This document shows positions 59,101 through 64,000 of a DNA stretch of 64,000 nt, piece by piece. A program made the position numbers and the translations under genes. The DNA lies in the IMG/VR virus record IMGVR_UViG_3300032030_002018; one strand, 5' to 3'. Under the pieces are notes generated by a model. The model made no database searches, was not told the DNA's origin, and saw nothing but the letters and a program-made list of their open reading frames with translations. This DNA is from a virus. Its lineage: Duplodnaviria > Caudoviricetes. Every line of letters starts with the position of its first letter. The stretch's first letter is position 1.

Positions 59101-62100
59101 ATTCAGATAATCATAATTGAACAAATCAGAGTCGTAAGAATGCCTGAACAATCGTCTGAAATATGTAAGATATTCGTGTCCGTTATCATAAGACATATTA
59201 CCCTTATGTGGATTGTTTCCAAGATTATCGTCTTGAACTGTATTCAACAGGTAATAGTAATAATCGCTGTCTGAAAGCTGTTGCCATCCGTTTGCGCTTA
59301 TCTCGTCAATATAGTCAATGCTGTTAAGTTTGAAATAATGTGTGTAATTATCTCCAGGCATATATTTACCATCCTTGAACAATGTGAATGTTGTTATTGA
59401 ATAAGCGTCAGAATATGCCTTTATGACATAATTGTCATTTTCTTCCATTATATAAACCCTTATGTCAATTCCATTGAAATCTCCGTTTCCTATGTTATAC
59501 CTTATCTCGCCGCTTGGTGAATAAGGCGTGCTGACAATTATGTAATCTTCGAACAACGCTTTTCCAATTGACACTGTATTGTAGTATGGAGTTATTGATA
59601 CATAATGATATACATAGTCATCAACAGTTTCCTCCTGTATGTCGTATACAATACCGTCTATTATTGCATAAGGTTTTGACAAGTCTTTGACATAATATAT
59701 GATATTATCGTGCAGTGATGAAGCGTATAGAGATAAAAGTTCATTTATTCCTTCAACACTTTTGATAGTATTGACCGTTTCCTTGTTGAGTGACCTGTTA
59801 TCTATGCTTTCCCTTGTAAGTATATTATTGTCATTATCAAACACGAAAGGCGTGGAACTAATCCATCCACCGTTCATCTGATAATACACATTGCCGTCGT
59901 ATATGTTGTATTGGTTGAAATCAGGGTATATATATCTTGTATGTACAGGATTACCATTTGATTTGTCAACATAAGCTTCTTCAGGGTCTGTTGTTGTACC
60001 TTCCCCATCGTTCTTATCATATTCTATGTCTGACAATCTGAAAGAAGCCATAAGACCCTGATATGGAACATATTCTCCATTCTTGCTCTCTATTGTGTCA
60101 TATGATATGGTTTTAGCCTTATTGCAGGAATCATATTCATAACCATTGATGAGGCTATTCCAGGGGTCTCTTATCCTGTGTGTGAATAATGTGTACTCAC
60201 TTATATCATAATCCCATTTACCATATGACAATGAATCGTATTTCTTCTTCTCATATTCAGGCAATGCGTCGTACCACCTCTTGCTCTTCATTCCGAACAT
60301 AGCGAGAATCATCTCAACACCTTCAATTGTTCCCTTATGTCTCAATATATATGGTGAATTTATTATAAGGCGTTTGTAGAACTCATTGTTTACATCATTC
60401 ATATTCCAATGCAAGTCGGAAGAATAGTTCTTTATCCTCTTTAGAATTCTCTTTTCGTGTGATGACTTCCTTCCGCATATTGGACATTCGTCAAACTTTT
60501 CCTTGTTGAAATACCCACACCAATTGCACTTATAATAATCAGACGTGTAATAATCTCCTTCAATATCTTTCTCAACACAATCACCGTCAATATCCACATA
60601 GTCCTTGTCAAACTTTATTATACCATATTCATCACTGCACACCAAACCAGAAGATGATTCCGACGGTATCACTATTGAAGATTGGTTTTGTCCACCAATG
60701 TTAATTGTCTGAATATCTTCGTTTACATCAAGTTTGCAGTCAACGCCTGATAAGTTGTGGCATCCATAGAAATATCCGTTTTTCCACACGTCAAGTTCCC
60801 TTGAATAAGGTTTCACTTCCAAGTCAGTCATTTGATAGAAATCCCTGTTCAGTTTCATCCCTTGGAAAGCGTTACTTTTCTCTTCTTCCTCTGTTGCACC
60901 AGATACCTCATTCTTATAATCACCTGCATATTCATACAATTTCAATGGGGTTACATTCCTCAAATCCCAACCGAAATCATCAAGTTTATCAGTAAAGAAG
61001 TAGTCAGGCAAGTTGTTTGAATTATCATATGTTATGGTATTGAAATGGGAAAGGCTGTCAGCATATCCCTTTATCTCATCGAATTCCCTTCCGAACAACC
61101 TTATTGTGTCAGTAATCTTTGAGTTTCCATAATATAGTTCCTCCTCTTCTGTATCAACCCTCTTTTCATATGTCCAGTCGAAATTCTTGATTGCCTCGTG
61201 AGTCAAGGAACGATAAAGGTTGTCTGAGAAACGCTCATCATAGAAAGAAGCCAATGAAGACAAACGTGAAACATACGTCTCAAACTCCATACCACTGCTT
61301 CCCAAGTTATACCCACCGTAAGAAGTAGGGAATGTAAACCTCTCTATTGTGTTCATATACCCTTCTTCATTCTCAACGGCAACATTGAAAAGAACAGTGT
61401 ATTTAGGTTCTGACTTGTCATTAAGGAGAACTTTCTCAAAAGAATCCAAACTATCAACAAACGCGTCGTAGAACTTTTCCTTTGGACGAGCGAAAGCAAT
61501 GTATTTCTTGGATATGTCACCTGCTGTTTCATAATCCATAAAGTACAGATATTCAGAACCTTCACCCTTATATACCTTTATGTTGAATTTATCCTCACTG
61601 GTCACTTCTGAAGAAGTTACATCAAGACTGAAATTTTCAGTACTGGCACTTATGTCAATTGACTGCGTTTCAGGAAATTCACAGGATGAGTCAATCACGC
61701 CAATACCAACTTCTCCAATCTTGTCACCAAGACAGGGAACAAAGTCAGCAGATATCATATCCACTAATGCTTCCAATGGTTCTACAACATATTCCTCACC
61801 AGGAGATAATACAACTGTTTTAACTCCTTCATAATGAACTTCATCGTTTCCTTCAACTGTGCCGTAGGATATGCTGTATTTTACAGATATAGGACTTGTA
61901 TGTGAAGAACCTGATATATGCCTTATTGTATTATTTTGTCTATCTATATCTATATATGATTCAGCGTTATCTAACGGTTTATAAGATATGTTATGTGTGT
62001 TTCCGCTGTTGTCTATCGCCTCATAGTTGTTAAAACCGACATTTGTGAAATACTTCAATGGATTTTTAGACGTAATCTCAGTTGAAATATCAACATCGTG

Positions 62101-62844
62101 TATGTTAATTCCAAAAGGATTTGAAACAAGACACAATCCACCATCTATCATAATCATACGCCCCTCATTGTCAATGATATATCCATAAGGAACTTCCCTT
62201 GTTCCGCCACTGAGTACAAATTGTTTATAGTCGTATGTCTTATGTATTCCACCTATTTCACCAAGGTTATGCCAATTTGTGTCACCTTCGTCGTATCCAT
62301 CCCTTATAGCGTCTTCTGTACTGTAGTAGTGTACTTCATCAGTATACAATCTTGGTTCTTCAGGATTGTCAGGGTTGTCGTATATTGCCTTTGTTATTGT
62401 ATGCGTATAAGCACTTTCTGTATTGTAATATATTGCAAGTTCCCCTGGAAATTTTGACAATATTCCATTTATAGAACCCCTTACAAGTTCAGAGCAAGAG
62501 CCGAAATACGCAAAATCAGTTATATTGTATATGTCTTTCTTTATCTCAATATCCTCATCAGAAGAAGAAACATTGTCCTTTACCTGTGACTTTATAATAT
62601 CATAGTTCCAAATCTCACCGCTATCATTCCTCTCCCATTGTGTTCCATTATATCTTTTTGCGAATTTCTCATTGTTATTTATAGTTATTACAAAGTTACC
62701 GCTCTGATATACTGGCACTTGCCCAGGGGCAAAGTTGTTTCTTCCGCCAATTGTTGTTATATCCCTTTCGAATATAGTTCCATTGACGGTGTTCTTATGT
62801 TTAGTTCTCTCAACGTAATTACTATATGACTTAATGTATGGCAT
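56137..62844 (-). CDS. Large virion protein: baseplate-wedge-like region, BACON-like repeats, C-terminal DUF1566/CLec-like domain
   Basis: YILRHKGTIEGVEMILAMFG; SWI...ENESKSKRTGFITF and NWI...NTKRGTRNGYVIFKQ; DWYLPSVGE...YWTST...WAVDF..G...RARPF. Confidence 0.72.
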   Translation of the reverse strand: MPYIKSYSNYVERTKHKNTVNGTIFERDITTIGGRNNFAPGQVPVYQSGNFVITINNNEKFAKRYNGTQWERNDSGEIWNYDIIKSQVKDNVSSSDEDIEIKKDIYNITDFAYFGSCSELVRGSINGILSKFPGELAIYYNTESAYTHTITKAIYDNPDNPEEPRLYTDEVHYYSTEDAIRDGYDEGDTNWHNLGEIGGIHKTYDYKQFVLSGGTREVPYGYIIDNEGRMIMIDGGLCLVSNPFGINIHDVDISTEITSKNPLKYFTNVGFNNYEAIDNSGNTHNISYKPLDNAESYIDIDRQNNTIRHISGSSHTSPISVKYSISYGTVEGNDEVHYEGVKTVVLSPGEEYVVEPLEALVDMISADFVPCLGDKIGEVGIGVIDSSCEFPETQSIDISASTENFSLDVTSSEVTSEDKFNIKVYKGEGSEYLYFMDYETAGDISKKYIAFARPKEKFYDAFVDSLDSFEKVLLNDKSEPKYTVLFNVAVENEEGYMNTIERFTFPTSYGGYNLGSSGMEFETYVSRLSSLASFYDERFSDNLYRSLTHEAIKNFDWTYEKRVDTEEEELYYGNSKITDTIRLFGREFDEIKGYADSLSHFNTITYDNSNNLPDYFFTDKLDDFGWDLRNVTPLKLYEYAGDYKNEVSGATEEEEKSNAFQGMKLNRDFYQMTDLEVKPYSRELDVWKNGYFYGCHNLSGVDCKLDVNEDIQTINIGGQNQSSIVIPSESSSGLVCSDEYGIIKFDKDYVDIDGDCVEKDIEGDYYTSDYYKCNWCGYFNKEKFDECPICGRKSSHEKRILKRIKNYSSDLHWNMNDVNNEFYKRLIINSPYILRHKGTIEGVEMILAMFGMKSKRWYDALPEYEKKKYDSLSYGKWDYDISEYTLFTHRIRDPWNSLINGYEYDSCNKAKTISYDTIESKNGEYVPYQGLMASFRLSDIEYDKNDGEGTTTDPEEAYVDKSNGNPVHTRYIYPDFNQYNIYDGNVYYQMNGGWISSTPFVFDNDNNILTRESIDNRSLNKETVNTIKSVEGINELLSLYASSLHDNIIYYVKDLSKPYAIIDGIVYDIQEETVDDYVYHYVSITPYYNTVSIGKALFEDYIIVSTPYSPSGEIRYNIGNGDFNGIDIRVYIMEENDNYVIKAYSDAYSITTFTLFKDGKYMPGDNYTHYFKLNSIDYIDEISANGWQQLSDSDYYYYLLNTVQDDNLGNNPHKGNMSYDNGHEYLTYFRRLFRHSYDSDLFNYDYLNAYGIDVSELYDVGFKGIINDDICNVNYDDFLVEDTKTHYFGNKIGVDGINYEYENEHIDVNDSSKYNLQVIPPYNKFGEEREVDGITNQIINTKRMKITFNIKNPDTHYDKGSLEEIKYIDSIVMPYVEQMIPSDAICEVEYRYAGQEEYIFIVKGDEGCEDQPVMFFINDSWKVMGRIEQGFCKVKMDKKNAEPSYVVKVGEESSASDLNIRSNRYVDIDYSGGTVTVTVNSQKTTTQYKTNNAETGIVHNGGEIVFETIETVTSPTPYLEVLEDDKNMVENYYQPSRILGTNDWDIRFDISPNTLQGFKYATFKVSSEDNSDIVKFAQRFDEETVSYTLNTNYFILRTFELKDGDTLIASGDIDNDTYNCDTGTLTVDKYEGNEYVITYTRMAYNAPDAITATVDGDGIEGDVTYDFRIDGDDEYSYDFDDNGGNAQINVIRQKTTVSYELNANSTSIPVNDESSILGVERSVINGLTVTVSDQGLSWINESVVSSSLTSTQYNIVVLENESKSKRTGFITFTAFDGLANVGSFVYEIRQTPSDYTFTFRDNITECSIDGISYHKTEKQVKNNGTEEYKIISKFGDKRQSFKVKSTSANWIKVSITSPSSDNGYYTLFIDKNTKRGTRNGYVIFKQDESGKEIKLFITQEQVEPNIGDVYYVGNDGVTQYFVDRVNGDDTPSNASAVGILVIPQGAISSDSKARVVSLEDARYDNNSVVGKFTSSRYNDHDWHTMVGGLYDYSLVIGTITGSDIKTCTGVDGNRESKGSSHLGHKGSPAYGMTTYVGSEGGIPIYYNGGANNSPIPFKSNGKINDGYIKHYQRSDSDFNDEECKNNGSVKYHWIVDEDNCLAHIDGSIASKCREDNRIFNGDSCREILANEIYPLRACHEYKTKNTKKGDWYLPSVGEMGCVIYNLLLINNQIVKEKGVESQINVNGGEYWTSTPNWRRDKNESHCWAVDFEHGRIHKKDRVEHLRARPFLQINY

Positions 62845-62855
62845 AAATCAAGATT

Positions 62856-63758
62856 TTAAATTTTGTCTTCAAGTGTTTGTGTATAATCAATATTGTTAAC
62901 TCTCTTGTTCTTAACCTCGTAAACAGGTCTTCCTGTTTCACTGTTCTTCAATGTGAAGTGTTCTGTCTGATGATATATCTCATTGTCGTCATTGTATGTT
63001 GTAACAATACCATTATCAAGATTTCTCAACTGGCTTCCTTCCAACATATTTGAGATTGTGTCAGCATCGTGGTCAACCATTTCAATGTCAAGCATAACTG
63101 GTTCAAAATCAGTGTTTACGAACAATATCCTCTGTGCTACGTTACCTATATAAGGAGAAGCACTTGCCTTGAAACTTGGTGCTGATGACGGTGTGAGCGT
63201 AATGAACACAAGTGATGAACTTTCGTTATACCTATATGTATATGACTTATTTGATGAGTTATCAGAAGCTTGTATCACAGGTTCACATTTATTGTTGCTG
63301 GTTACAAGTCTGAAATAATTCATTCTACTCCCAAAATTATCTATATATATGATTCTATATCCAACTAACGAGTTATTGCTCAATAACTTATTCCTGAATC
63401 CTTCGTCAGTTATAGTTGATGAATCAATAACAATACCCCTGACATTTGGATGAGCTGCAAGTGTGCTTACATCTCCAATAACAGCACTAACTTCCCTTGG
63501 TTTAATGTAAACAGTATAAAACCCCTTGTTATTGAAATAATTAAGAGGCAATTTAAGGTTATACAATCCTTCTATAACATTGTCAGTTGATTCTGTATTG
63601 TTATACAAAGCCTTTGATAGTATGTTTGAAGGCAGTTTTGTGAAAACTGACCTTTCAGTGCTATCACTGTTCCTTGTTTCGTGATAAGAATAATATATAT
63701 CAACCATAGAACTGTCAACAGTGCTAGGTATGTTCGTTCCGTATACTCCTACTCCCAT
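62856..63758 (-). CDS. Probable structural/baseplate-region protein
   Basis: 300 aa, co-oriented in the structural operon; GLYNLKLP..F..KGFYTVYIKP. Confidence 0.6.
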   Translation of the reverse strand: MGVGVYGTNIPSTVDSSMVDIYYSYHETRNSDSTERSVFTKLPSNILSKALYNNTESTDNVIEGLYNLKLPLNYFNNKGFYTVYIKPREVSAVIGDVSTLAAHPNVRGIVIDSSTITDEGFRNKLLSNNSLVGYRIIYIDNFGSRMNYFRLVTSNNKCEPVIQASDNSSNKSYTYRYNESSSLVFITLTPSSAPSFKASASPYIGNVAQRILFVNTDFEPVMLDIEMVDHDADTISNMLEGSQLRNLDNGIVTTYNDDNEIYHQTEHFTLKNSETGRPVYEVKNKRVNNIDYTQTLEDKI

Positions 63759-63774
63759 TTATATATTGTTTTTT

Positions 63775-64000
63775 TCATTCCATAATCTTAAAGCTTGAAT
63801 TTCCGTAATTCTCCAAAGCTTCCATTGTCATTATCTCTTGTAGTTTCAGGTGTTTGTCCAATGACTTGAAAATACCCCTGTCAACATAAATATCCGTATC
63901 TATTGTATTTGGGAACACAATACCGTTATTGTACTCCTCCCTGTATGTTGGAAGCATTGTGGTATTGTTGTCCTTGCTCATACCGTTTTCTTCATAATAT
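63775..64000 (-). CDS. 3' end of an ORF entering from the right edge
   Basis: Frame stays open upstream of 63981 (YYEENGMSKD...); C-terminus DIYVDRG...H.KL.EI.TME.LENYGN. Confidence 0.7.
   Translation of the reverse strand, partial: YYEENGMSKDNNTTMLPTYREEYNNGIVFPNTIDTDIYVDRGIFKSLDKHLKLQEIMTMEALENYGNSSFKIME

Noticed and set aside
1-64000. Stop-codon reassignment (Lak/crAss-style TAG=Gln or TGA=Trp)
   Set aside because: Long conserved genes are intact in code 11, and TAG, TGA and TAA all end genes at sensible positions (TAG at 9455 and 11924, each followed by a terminator).

Overview
64 kb of dense, AT-rich (roughly 30% GC by eye) DNA read in the standard code. It most plausibly comes from a very large (jumbo) dsDNA tailed phage of a Bacteroidetes host (gut or rumen Prevotella/Bacteroides-like). 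Phage evidence: gp46/gp47-like SbcCD, primase, RuvC-like resolvase, dNMP kinase, holin, baseplate-like and adhesin proteins, many small hypothetical genes, and host-like genes without their usual operon context. Host evidence: Bacteroidales-type OmpA x2, BACON domains, TyrRS, and TAnnTTTG promoters. Host-like cargo includes TyrRS, IF-3, DnaK/DnaJ, two sigma70 factors, PncA/PncB, an LplA-like protein, a macrodomain and four orphan DNA methyltransferases. Most notable: (1) a dispersed family of otherwise unrelated proteins sharing an N-terminal 'RLTESDLxRIVxESVxRVLxE' leader, often behind a shared (A/C)TATTTAT motif, a candidate capsid-targeting and cleavage system; (2) a candidate three-tier promoter architecture (TAnnTTTG, ATATTTAT, and a sigma54-like site before dnaK) with two phage sigmas; (3) duplicated BspA-LRR genes with constant N-terminus and shuffled variable repeats, bracketing an LplA-like gene; (4) a PncA-PncB NAD salvage pair plus macrodomain as a possible anti-defence route distinct from NARP1/NARP2; (5) a stem-loop containing CACAGCAA in the leader of a DUF2828 gene; (6) apparent avoidance of GATC and CATG. 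No tRNA, rRNA, CRISPR array, integrase or reverse transcriptase was recognised. All family assignments are from motif recognition by eye, not database searches.
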